DNA of 31,075 nucleotides from Candidatus Babeliales bacterium (lineage in GTDB: Bacteria; Babelota; Babeliae; Babelales; JAUPTZ01), in the NCBI GenBank assembly GCA_044347985.1, contig JBIKTS010000001.1, positions 1 through 31,075 of the forward strand, given 5' to 3'. The notes under the pieces were generated by a model. That model searched no databases. It was not told the origin of the DNA and saw only the letters and a program-made list of their open reading frames with translations. Positions 1 to 7,796 of this stretch are shown here, one piece after another (the first letter of the stretch is position 1; each line of letters begins with the position of its first letter). Position numbers and translations under genes: made by a program.

Positions 1-1
1 T

Positions 2-220
2 AAACAAAAAAAACTTCAAACGCTCTTCCAGCACACGCAAGCACATCGGACCTCTGCTGACTTTAAAGAAGAAACAAAACAGCTTTATAAACAAAAAAGA
101 ACCGAGCATCGGCATGAAAAAGCAATTGTGAAAGAAAAACAATCATTCAAAGAAGCCCAAGAACAAGCGATCCAAAAAAGACAAAATATCCATAACGCAG
201 CGAGAAATGCTTTACGATAA
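2..220 (+). CDS. 3' end of a hypothetical K/Q/E-rich coiled-coil protein (starts before the window)
   Basis: Open frame from nt 2 reads KQKKLQTLFQHTQAH...QAIQKRQNIHNAARNALR to TAA at 218-220. Not in the ORF track because it has no start in the window. Confidence 0.7.
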   Translation, partial: KQKKLQTLFQHTQAHRTSADFKEETKQLYKQKRTEHRHEKAIVKEKQSFKEAQEQAIQKRQNIHNAARNALR

Positions 221-312
221 TAGATTTTTATTAAAATCTGAGTATACTCAATTATATCTCCTGCATTATTCCATGCATATGCAATCTCATTTTTACTCTA
301 TCAAAACGCACC

Positions 313-981
313 ATGAATCACATTCTTCGGGGTTTATCCTCTTTATTTTTGATGCTTGCAGTACACATGCCCTGTGAAGCAAAACTATCAAGAAAGCATC
401 AAAAGACCATTCTCTATTCTGTTCTTGGCACAGGTCTTGTTGCTATCACTGCAGCAGGAGCGGCATATGTGTATGCCACACATGGCAGTAAATCGAAAAA
501 TAAGGTCCGCATTCCAATACTAGATCTCCCACCAATACGTGAAGTAGGTGATGGCAACGTTCCAAAAACTCCAAGAAAGCCTGAATTACTCGACCTTCTT
601 CAAAGCCCCTCATCTCTCGCACAAACTACTCCAGCATCTGGCACATCACCCTCTTTCTTTCTCTCACCAGATACTTCAGGCGATTCACTAATGTACTCAC
701 CGCATACGCCGAGTGATTTTAATAGAACAGACACACCTAAACACACAACACCGAAGGCAAACACAAATGCACGTCCCCCGCGCACACCATTTAGAAGAGG
801 GACAACATCATATAACGATGCCGGAGTTCTCGTTCGAGAACAAATAAAATATAGCGGCGAGGGAATGCCAGCAGCTCATGTAGGCGCAACACCAAACAAA
901 CGCCGCCCCGGCATGCCACGAATCAAATTAAGCCCCAGATATAAAAGGCAGCTTTTTGGCAAATCACCAAAACACAATTGA
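313..981 (+). CDS. Hypothetical exported/membrane-anchored protein with S/T-P-rich disordered tail
   Basis: Signal-like N-terminus ending CEA-K, hydrophobic segment ILYSVLGTGLVAITAAGAAYVYA, then a Pro/Ser/Thr-rich basic tail. Confidence 0.8.
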   Translation: MNHILRGLSSLFLMLAVHMPCEAKLSRKHQKTILYSVLGTGLVAITAAGAAYVYATHGSKSKNKVRIPILDLPPIREVGDGNVPKTPRKPELLDLLQSPSSLAQTTPASGTSPSFFLSPDTSGDSLMYSPHTPSDFNRTDTPKHTTPKANTNARPPRTPFRRGTTSYNDAGVLVREQIKYSGEGMPAAHVGATPNKRRPGMPRIKLSPRYKRQLFGKSPKHN

Positions 982-1003
982 CGTCGCGGTAAGTTTTATG
1001 ACC

Positions 1004-1023
1004 AAGGCTCATTTGCCTTTTTT
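1004..1023 (+). terminator. Weak intrinsic terminator for 313..981
   Basis: AAGGC-tcattt-GCCTT followed by TTTT, about 22 nt after the stop. Confidence 0.4.
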
Positions 1024-1086
1024 AGAAGATTACATTGCTTTCATTGCCCGATCTGCGCCCACTGTTCAAATCGGTTTCAGGTTTTG

Positions 1087-1115
1087 TTGACACAGAAAAA
1101 CCCGATTGATAGTCT
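1087..1115 (+). promoter_or_regulatory. Sigma70-type promoter TTGACA-N17-TAGTCT with extended -10 TG
   Basis: TTGACA 1087-1092, 17-nt spacer, TAGTCT 1110-1115, TG at 1107-1108. Same hexamers and spacing as the atpE promoter. Confidence 0.7.
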
Positions 1116-1120
1116 CCGCT

Positions 1121-1245
1121 GCGTAGTAAGAGAAAACACCACTCAGACACGTGCTACTCACTATAATGTCCCTAAATGAACAATGCTTTACTGTATTGTT
1201 CGCCCCCAACCCTCCGATTTCTCTAAGTCGGGGGGTTCCCTTTTT
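1121..1245 (+). ncRNA. Candidate small non-coding RNA (about 125 nt) convergent on the atpA 3' end
   Basis: Bounded by the promoter above and a terminator hairpin. Internal 9-bp hairpin at 1178-1201. No credible RBS-led ORF. No known family recognised. Confidence 0.5.
1208..1245 (+). terminator. Intrinsic terminator, + strand
   Basis: 13-bp stem AACCCTCCGATTT/AAGTCGGGGGGTT (two G-U pairs on the + RNA, which become C-A mismatches on the - RNA), 4-nt loop, then CCC-TTTTT. Confidence 0.7.
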
Positions 1246-1249
1246 AAGC

Positions 1250-2767
1250 TTACGCTGCATCCTTTGGCTTTGAGAACACCAAAATAAACTCTTCTGCTGC
1301 TCGCTTAATTGCTGATTCAACCGTTTCAGTGAGTCCGTCTGGCGCTTCAACCGCATGAAAAACCTGTGGGTAAATTTCTAGCAAATATGAAACAAATTGG
1401 CGGGCAAACATATTAATCTGAGCCATATCAAGACGGTCAAAGAAATTCTCTTGCAGCAAAAACAAAAATATAATTTCTTCTGCTTGGCTATATGTTGCAT
1501 GCAAATCCTGCTTCAAAAGCTGAATCGCACGCTGACCCCTATCAATAGCCCGCTGACTTGTTGTATCAAGCTCAGAGCCAAACTGCATAAATGCCGCAAG
1601 TGCTTCAAATTGTGCAAGCTCAAGCTTGAGCGACCCAGAAATCTTTTTCATACTCTTAATCTGTGCAGCGCCCCCAACACGAGATACTGATAATCCAATA
1701 CTAATAGCGGGACGAATACCATTATTAAACATATTAGTATCGAAAAACACCTGGCCATCGGTAATAGAAATCAAATTTGTCGCAATATACGCCGCAATAT
1801 CATCGCCTTGCGTTTGGATAATTGGCAGAGCGGTCATAGAACCACCACCGTGATCAGCATGCATCTTGCCCGCACGCTCAAGAAGTCGTGAATGAATATA
1901 GAAAATATCCCCTGGATACGCTTCACGTCCTGGGGGACGGCGCAGTAACAATGAAAGCTCACGATACGCAATAGCATGATTACTTAAATCATCATACACA
2001 ATCAAAACATCCTTACCTGCATCCATGAAATACTCGCCCATGGTGCATCCCACATAAGGAGACAGAAACTGCTCAAGAGCGGTTGCTTTTGCGCTTGCAT
2101 CAACAATAATAGTATATGAAAGCGCATCATACTGCTGCAGGAGGTGAATCATTTTTGCAGTGTCAGACTGCTTGTGTCCGATCACAACATAAATACAAAT
2201 AACGTTCTTGCCTTTTTGATTAATAATAGTGTTGATAGCAGTTGTTGTTTTACCAGTACTTCTGTTTCCAATAAGCAACTCACGTTGCCCTTTTCCAATT
2301 GGAATCAACGCATCAATAACTAAGCATCCTGTTTCAAGCGGCTGACATACCGGCGTTCGAGTAATAATCCCAGGTGCTGTACGCTCAATGGCTCGCATTT
2401 CACTGGCGACAATTTCTCCCATCGCGTCAATCGGCTCCCCTGACGGGCTCACTACCCGCCCTAAAAGTGCATCGCCAACCGGAATCTGAAATAAGTGCCC
2501 CGTGCGCCGTACAACTTCTTGTTCAAAGACATCAGCAGCATGATTAAGCAAAATAATTGAGACGTAATCTTCATCAAGATCCATTACTATCCCGCGCGCA
2601 CCTGACTCAAATAACACAAGTTCGCCATAAATAACGTTGGTTAAACCATATACTTTACAAATACCATCACCAACTCCAATAACGGTACCAACTTCTTCGA
2701 TTGCAGTTTGTGCATTTGGTGTTAATGCTTTTTCAATAAGAGAAATAACACCTGCTGTTTGCTTCAT
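1250..2767 (-). CDS. atpA: F1F0 ATP synthase subunit alpha
   Basis: GDGI, LLGRVV, QRELLIGNRSTGKT, YDDLS, RRPPGREAYPGD, SVSRVGGAAQ motifs. Start placed at ATG 2767 (AGGAG 5 nt upstream); ATG 2770 is possible. Confidence 0.97.
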   Translation of the reverse strand: MKQTAGVISLIEKALTPNAQTAIEEVGTVIGVGDGICKVYGLTNVIYGELVLFESGARGIVMDLDEDYVSIILLNHAADVFEQEVVRRTGHLFQIPVGDALLGRVVSPSGEPIDAMGEIVASEMRAIERTAPGIITRTPVCQPLETGCLVIDALIPIGKGQRELLIGNRSTGKTTTAINTIINQKGKNVICIYVVIGHKQSDTAKMIHLLQQYDALSYTIIVDASAKATALEQFLSPYVGCTMGEYFMDAGKDVLIVYDDLSNHAIAYRELSLLLRRPPGREAYPGDIFYIHSRLLERAGKMHADHGGGSMTALPIIQTQGDDIAAYIATNLISITDGQVFFDTNMFNNGIRPAISIGLSVSRVGGAAQIKSMKKISGSLKLELAQFEALAAFMQFGSELDTTSQRAIDRGQRAIQLLKQDLHATYSQAEEIIFLFLLQENFFDRLDMAQINMFARQFVSYLLEIYPQVFHAVEAPDGLTETVESAIKRAAEEFILVFSKPKDAA

Positions 2768-3321
2768 CATGACTCCTGTATGCATAACTGTTGTTGCAAC
2801 TGACGTATAGTTCTGGCAACACTATGTTCCCAGTAATACAAGGGGGTTTGAATTTTTATTCCAGCAATAAGTGCTGTGTCGAGTGTATACATAAATCGTA
2901 GTGACCCTGGAATTTTAAGTCGCAACTGAGATTCAAGCGCGTTGCGCGCTTCATCAGTAAGCGCATGAGATGTTGTTACCATCACTTCATGAATACCTTG
3001 CATTCTTTTAAACTCATCTTCAAGCATATCAAGAATGCATGCCAATAAATCAAATTCTTTATAGCGCAGCACAGCACACAGCAAATCACCAAGCGCTGGC
3101 ACCAGCTGTAGACGCTGCGAAAGCGCTGCAATTGCTTGATATTTTTCTTCGCTGTGCATGCTGCTTAATTCCAGCACATGAAACACCATAGGGCTACTTG
3201 TCAAACATTCTTTCAGGCGGGCAATCCCTTGAAAAAGATCTTGTTCAGAAATGGCCTGCACTCGCAAAAATGCGCGTGCAAAATTACGCGCTTTCTGTTT
3301 TTTTTGTGTAAACCGATTCAT
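2767..3321 (-). CDS. atpH: ATP synthase subunit delta (divergent)
   Basis: C-terminal D-x-x-LIAGIKI...WEHSV matches the delta pattern. Lies immediately upstream of atpA with overlapping stop/start. Confidence 0.85.
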   Translation of the reverse strand: MNRFTQKKQKARNFARAFLRVQAISEQDLFQGIARLKECLTSSPMVFHVLELSSMHSEEKYQAIAALSQRLQLVPALGDLLCAVLRYKEFDLLACILDMLEDEFKRMQGIHEVMVTTSHALTDEARNALESQLRLKIPGSLRFMYTLDTALIAGIKIQTPLYYWEHSVARTIRQLQQQLCIQES

Positions 3322-3829
3322 ACACTGTATCCTTTTTATCCATACTTGCTAATTTTCCCGCTGCCGCAGTCATATAGCGGCCAAAGAGAGCATCTGTATC
3401 GCGCTGCACACTCTCAGTAACCATGCTCACAAGATCACGTCCTGCTTGTGCTGCCAGGCGAGCTTGCGCCGCTGCATTCTGTTGATGCGCCGCCCGCTCA
3501 TTAATAATACGCGCGCGATCAGCAACCATGCTCTCACGCTCTTTTTCTTTATGATAACAAATCAAATGCCATGATTCTAATTTTGCAGTCAACAATGCAA
3601 TCTGTTTTTCTTGCTGCAAAAACTGCGTGGCTAATTGTTTTTTTTGCGACACTAATAAAAGATGTTCTTCTTGAAGCTGCATCCATTTTTCATATGAATC
3701 TTGTTTGTGTTCACGCAGACGCGGCAAAACATATTCCTGCAGCAGCCCCCACGCTTTAACCAAAAACAACACAAACAAAAGAAGTTGCACAACCAGAGTA
3801 AGTACCGGGATTCCGCTAATTTCCAGCAT
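3284..3829 (-). CDS. atpF: ATP synthase b-type peripheral stalk subunit
   Basis: N-terminal hydrophobic helix then a long charged coiled coil; lies between the other b-type gene and atpH; GGAG RBS. Confidence 0.7.
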   Translation of the reverse strand: MLEISGIPVLTLVVQLLLFVLFLVKAWGLLQEYVLPRLREHKQDSYEKWMQLQEEHLLLVSQKKQLATQFLQQEKQIALLTAKLESWHLICYHKEKERESMVADRARIINERAAHQQNAAAQARLAAQAGRDLVSMVTESVQRDTDALFGRYMTAAAGKLASMDKKDTVYESVYTKKTESA

Positions 3830-4175
3830 GCAAGCGCTCCTCTAACTGCTTTTTAAAAACCAGCAGCTCTTCAACCGACAAAGGTTTTAAATGAACCCGA
3901 CTTGCTGACTGAGGACTGAGAGGAATATGAATAGTATCACTAGCAAGCTGCACTTTTACATCTTGCTGAAATTGAATCAACTGCGATGCTTTTTCAAGCT
4001 GAAAACTTGCTATGTCTTGCTTCTTCAGAATAATCTCTTCGGTGAGCCGACGTTCTTCAATGCGCTGTTTAATCAATGCATCAATCACGGGGTCAAAAAT
4101 CATTCGACGCAAAAAATAGTACACGACGCAAAAATTTATAATTTGAACAATCAGTGTGAGATTAAACGCTATCAT
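3816..4175 (-). CDS. atpF: ATP synthase b/b'-type subunit (short)
   Basis: FNLTLIVQIINFCVVYYFLRRMIFDPV is a typical b-subunit N-terminus; follows atpE. Confidence 0.8.
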   Translation of the reverse strand: MIAFNLTLIVQIINFCVVYYFLRRMIFDPVIDALIKQRIEERRLTEEIILKKQDIASFQLEKASQLIQFQQDVKVQLASDTIHIPLSPQSASRVHLKPLSVEELLVFKKQLEERLHAGN

Positions 4176-4199
4176 GGCACCCCAAAATTGAACTATTAC

Positions 4200-4448
4200 C
4201 TATGCACGGAATAATAGCATTAATGAAATAATAAACGCATAAATAGAAGAGGTTTCTGCTGCTACAAGTGCAAACATCATTGTACTAAAAATTGAGCTGT
4301 AACTTTCTGGATTGCGGCTGATACTTTCACACGCCTTACCACCAATATACCCTTGACCGAGTGATGGCCCCAGAGCTCCAATTCCCATGCATAGTCCAGC
4401 ACTTAAATTAGCGGCTGCTTTAGTCCAATTTATGATCTCTGTTTCCAT
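4200..4448 (-). CDS. atpE: ATP synthase subunit c, predicted Na+-binding type (82 aa)
   Basis: Two hydrophobic helices with RNPE loop. P28, Q32, E65, T66, S67, Y70. Start at ATG 4448 after AGGAG. Confidence 0.95.
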   Translation of the reverse strand: METEIINWTKAAANLSAGLCMGIGALGPSLGQGYIGGKACESISRNPESYSSIFSTMMFALVAAETSSIYAFIISLMLLFRA

Positions 4449-4494
4449 ATATGCTCCTGATAATAAGTAACGCCATGTAACCACAATTGCCCAT

Positions 4495-4523
4495 AGACTA
4501 AGGCGCCACTAAACAGTTGTCAA
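4495..4523 (-). promoter_or_regulatory. Sigma70-type promoter for the atpE cluster
   Basis: TTGACA (4523-4518)-N17-TAGTCT (4500-4495) on the - strand, about 46 nt upstream of the atpE start. Confidence 0.75.
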
Positions 4524-4569
4524 ATAATTGGCAATTTAATACCAATACCGTGGTAAAAGGCGTACTTTT

Positions 4570-5205
4570 CTAAAAACTTAAAACTGCACGCGCCGGCGCT
4601 CCATCGGTACCAACAAATGGAAGCGGCAAAAGATGTAGCTCATAGACTCGCGTTGTATCAACAGGAGCAAGTCGGAGTCCTTCAACAATAATAATTCCTG
4701 CATCAAATAACGCTCGATGCGATGCATATCCAGGCTGATCTCGTTCAAGGCCAAGCCCATCAACCCCTACCAAAAGCACCCCACACTCGGCCAGATAGCG
4801 TGCAGCACTTGCGGCTAGATATATTTCTTGCAGATTATAAGAACCTATGGCAGGCATGGCACTATTGCGTGTTTTAAGCAAAATTCGCTCGCCGTTCTGA
4901 ATTGAAAATTGCACCAAATCGGTCGCCTCAATCCGCTCACCAATAATCTGCGTTAAATCCAGCACACGACAAGGTCCATTCATAGCTGCAAGAGAAAGCG
5001 TTTCCACCCCTGCGCCACCTTCAATACAGTGCTTTGGTGCATCCACATGGGTGCCGGCATGCATATGCAGCTGGCAGCACCGCGAGTCTGCAATTCCATG
5101 CTCAGCAAAAGTGCGGAGCACTTCAATTTTCAATGGATGACGGTTTTTATATGAAACCATGCCCTCCTGTAATGGCCAGCTAATATCAACAAAGCATCTT
5201 GTCAT
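4570..5205 (-). CDS. Cyclase / kynurenine formamidase (KynB)-family metal-dependent hydrolase
   Basis: HAGTHVDAPKH motif, ILLKT, VGVD, HRALF, IIVEGL, GAPARAV. Confidence 0.9.
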   Translation of the reverse strand: MTRCFVDISWPLQEGMVSYKNRHPLKIEVLRTFAEHGIADSRCCQLHMHAGTHVDAPKHCIEGGAGVETLSLAAMNGPCRVLDLTQIIGERIEATDLVQFSIQNGERILLKTRNSAMPAIGSYNLQEIYLAASAARYLAECGVLLVGVDGLGLERDQPGYASHRALFDAGIIIVEGLRLAPVDTTRVYELHLLPLPFVGTDGAPARAVLSF

Positions 5206-5210
5206 ACTAT

Positions 5211-6128
5211 TTATCCCTGCCGTTCTTTTTCAACCGGATGACCACCAAACGCATTACGTAATAACGCAACCAATTTTGTTGCATAATCACCACCCGTCTC
5301 GCGTGAGCGAGATCGCACAGCAAGCGACTCAGCAATAACCGGCATTTTAATCTTTTGCTTTTCTGCAACAGCAAGCGCCCAACGGCCGGTACCATTTTCA
5401 TTAATCACGCCACTTGTTTCTCCAATGCGCTGCTCATCGCTGAGCACGCCTTGCAGTAAATGAAGCAGGTGCGAACGAATAACCGAACCGTGCTGCCATA
5501 ATTGTGCAATATGCGCCGAAGCTGCATCCACAATCGGACTTTTTTGCAGCATATGAAATCCTTCTGCGTACGCTTGAAGCAGTCCATATTCAATTGCATT
5601 ATGAACCATTTTTACATAGTGACCTGCGCCAATACCCCCAACATGTGCAAAGCCACCTGGCATAGCAAACGCCTGCAAATACTGAGCAACTACGGCGAGA
5701 GCTTCAGTTGATCCACCTGCCATCACACAGTACCCATCAACTGCACCGTGCAAGCCTCCTGAAACACCAGCATCTGAAAAAATAATACCACGCCCGAGCA
5801 ATGCTTCATGGCGCGCAATAGTATCGGTATACAAACTGTTACCACAATCTACCACAAAACAAGATTTTCCTGTTGCTTGCAGTGCAGCTTCCAGTGCCAG
5901 AGAAAATAAGACTTCATCTATCACTTCACCAGCAGGCAATAACAACAAAATGCACTGCACAGCTTGATACATATGCGCAAGAGATGCGACACGAACAACA
6001 CCCTCCGGTGTTTGGGCATGTGCTGATTGATCATATCCATACACATGATATCCAGCGGCCACTAATCTGCGGGCAATGCCGCCACCCATACGACCAAGAC
6101 CTATAATGCCAACATTTTTCTCACTCAT
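5211..6128 (-). CDS. gnd: 6-phosphogluconate dehydrogenase, decarboxylating (short type)
   Basis: GLGRMG Rossmann motif, DCGNS, DAGVSGG, GAGHYVKMVHNAIEYG, LRNAFGGH. ATG 6128 overlaps the zwf stop (ATGA). Confidence 0.93.
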   Translation of the reverse strand: MSEKNVGIIGLGRMGGGIARRLVAAGYHVYGYDQSAHAQTPEGVVRVASLAHMYQAVQCILLLLPAGEVIDEVLFSLALEAALQATGKSCFVVDCGNSLYTDTIARHEALLGRGIIFSDAGVSGGLHGAVDGYCVMAGGSTEALAVVAQYLQAFAMPGGFAHVGGIGAGHYVKMVHNAIEYGLLQAYAEGFHMLQKSPIVDAASAHIAQLWQHGSVIRSHLLHLLQGVLSDEQRIGETSGVINENGTGRWALAVAEKQKIKMPVIAESLAVRSRSRETGGDYATKLVALLRNAFGGHPVEKERQG

Positions 6129-7450
6129 ATAATCCACTCAATACCATGCTTTGCTGAAAATTCTGCGAGTTCATCTGGGCCAACGCTCCCTGCTTTATAT
6201 GAATGAACCGGCTGCTTATATGATTTTGCTTCATCTATAATTCGCCATGACTCAAGAATTTCATCAATCGTTACAGAAAATGTTTTTTCGCCAGCGATCA
6301 TAAATTCTAAAATGCGCCCATATGCACGAAGCGGATCTGCCATCGCTTGCGCAGTACTTGCTTGTAATGCATTTTTAATTGCAGCAGGATCGCTGAGAAA
6401 TGTTGCTCCATTATCACCCTGCACCACACAACCAATACTTAAATCACTCTGATCTGTATCAACACATAATCCATACATAACCGCTCCTGCTGGTGCAATT
6501 TTTTTACCTGTCTTGATAAAAATTGCAACATCTTCCCATTGGGGTAAATCGATCTTGAGTTTTGCAGCAACAAATGTTTCTGTTTTAGAACGCGGAGCAA
6601 CATGCGCTTCTTTGCGATACCCCGTATACTGCCCCAAAAGCACATCTTCAACGGTGCATGCGGCAAGAATTTCAGTTTTATTAAACCCCAAATATGGTTG
6701 ATGCAATACCGGCTCAGTCATCGCAACTAATGCGAGAAACTGCAACAGATGACCTTGGACCATATCTTGGAGCGCCCCGCGCGCATCATAATATCCACCA
6801 CGGAGTCCAATACCATCTTGTTCATTCACCACAATCTGGAGGGACTTAAATCGCACTGATTGCCATGCTTGGTTAAAATGAGGGTCAAGCAAACGAGCGC
6901 CTAAAATACTCATTGGGCCTTTCTTTGCGGTGTAATGATCAATTCTAAACACTTGCGACTCATCAAGCATATTCATGAGCGCATCGTGCAACGCTTGTGC
7001 AGATGCCGCATCATGTCCAAACGGTTTTTCATATGCAATACGGTGCCACATTTCTTCGCCAGAATTATTTTTTTTAAGAATACCAGCCGCAACAAGTCCT
7101 TGCGTGATAGGTAAAAAATAATCAGATGCTGTTGCACAGTATATAAGCGTTGGCGTCGTTTGCGCGCCTAAAACACCGGCAATTTTTGAATAAAGTGTGG
7201 CATCAGTAAAATCGCCTTGCACATATTCTATGTTATCGCACAGCTTTTTCCATATTGCCTCATCACACTGCGCGACATACGGCTGCGCTCGATGCATTAT
7301 TTCTTTGGCAGTTATTACATCATGCGCAACTCCCACAACGCGCCACTCAATAACTGGATCACTTTTCATCACTTCATGAAACGCGGGAATCAATTTACGC
7401 ATTGCCAAATCACCACTCGCTCCAAATAATACCATCGTATGCGTCGTCAT
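6125..7450 (-). CDS. zwf: Glucose-6-phosphate 1-dehydrogenase (divergent)
   Basis: FGASGDLA, EKPFGHD, RIDHY, GYYD..GALQDMVQGH, KTETFVA motifs; AAGGAG RBS. Confidence 0.9.
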   Translation of the reverse strand: MTTHTMVLFGASGDLAMRKLIPAFHEVMKSDPVIEWRVVGVAHDVITAKEIMHRAQPYVAQCDEAIWKKLCDNIEYVQGDFTDATLYSKIAGVLGAQTTPTLIYCATASDYFLPITQGLVAAGILKKNNSGEEMWHRIAYEKPFGHDAASAQALHDALMNMLDESQVFRIDHYTAKKGPMSILGARLLDPHFNQAWQSVRFKSLQIVVNEQDGIGLRGGYYDARGALQDMVQGHLLQFLALVAMTEPVLHQPYLGFNKTEILAACTVEDVLLGQYTGYRKEAHVAPRSKTETFVAAKLKIDLPQWEDVAIFIKTGKKIAPAGAVMYGLCVDTDQSDLSIGCVVQGDNGATFLSDPAAIKNALQASTAQAMADPLRAYGRILEFMIAGEKTFSVTIDEILESWRIIDEAKSYKQPVHSYKAGSVGPDELAEFSAKHGIEWII

Positions 7451-7546
7451 ATACGCTCCTTCTTAAAACATTGCTCGCAAACAAGAGAATCTCTTTTACT
7501 ACAAGATTCATTTTTATGCCATTCATAGTCATGAGAAATGAGACAT

Positions 7547-7577
7547 AAAAAAAGAGGGCGCACTTTCATACGCCCTC
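7547..7577 (-). terminator. Intrinsic terminator
   Basis: On the - strand GAGGGCG-tat-GAAA-gtg-CGCCCTC followed by T7; GNRA loop. Confidence 0.75.
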
Positions 7578-7604
7578 ACCTACTAATGCTAGACAGAGTA
7601 TTAA

Positions 7605-7754
7605 TTATTCAGATGGTTCTGCTGATTCGATCTCGATGTTTAAGCGAATTTTATAAACGCTATAACCATTTGTATTTGCCGTCATTGTCATAACCAGACC
7701 AAATACCACGCCGACTAATGGCAGAATCAAAAATGCATAAGACGTTTTTTTCAT
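7605..7754 (-). CDS. Small 49-aa membrane or secreted peptide (not in the ORF track)
   Basis: MKKTSYAFLILPLVGVVFGLVMTMTANTNGYSVYKIRLNIEIESAEPSE; AAGGG RBS-like site upstream; terminator 28 nt downstream. Confidence 0.6.
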   Translation of the reverse strand: MKKTSYAFLILPLVGVVFGLVMTMTANTNGYSVYKIRLNIEIESAEPSE

Positions 7755-7796
7755 AGGAAATCCCTTTTCTTATTATAAATTCAATTTTCCATACCC

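Noticed and set aside
1121-1245. 6S RNA, SRP RNA or tRNA identity for the candidate sRNA
   Set aside because: No long 5'-3' closing stem, no SRP GGAA-loop helix, no cloverleaf or T-loop seen. An Rfam search is still needed to exclude these formally.
1250-4448. N-ATPase operon, suggested by the Na+ signature
   Set aside because: Gene order and content do not match atpDCQRBEFAG: there is a separate atpH and two b genes, and no atpQ or atpR.
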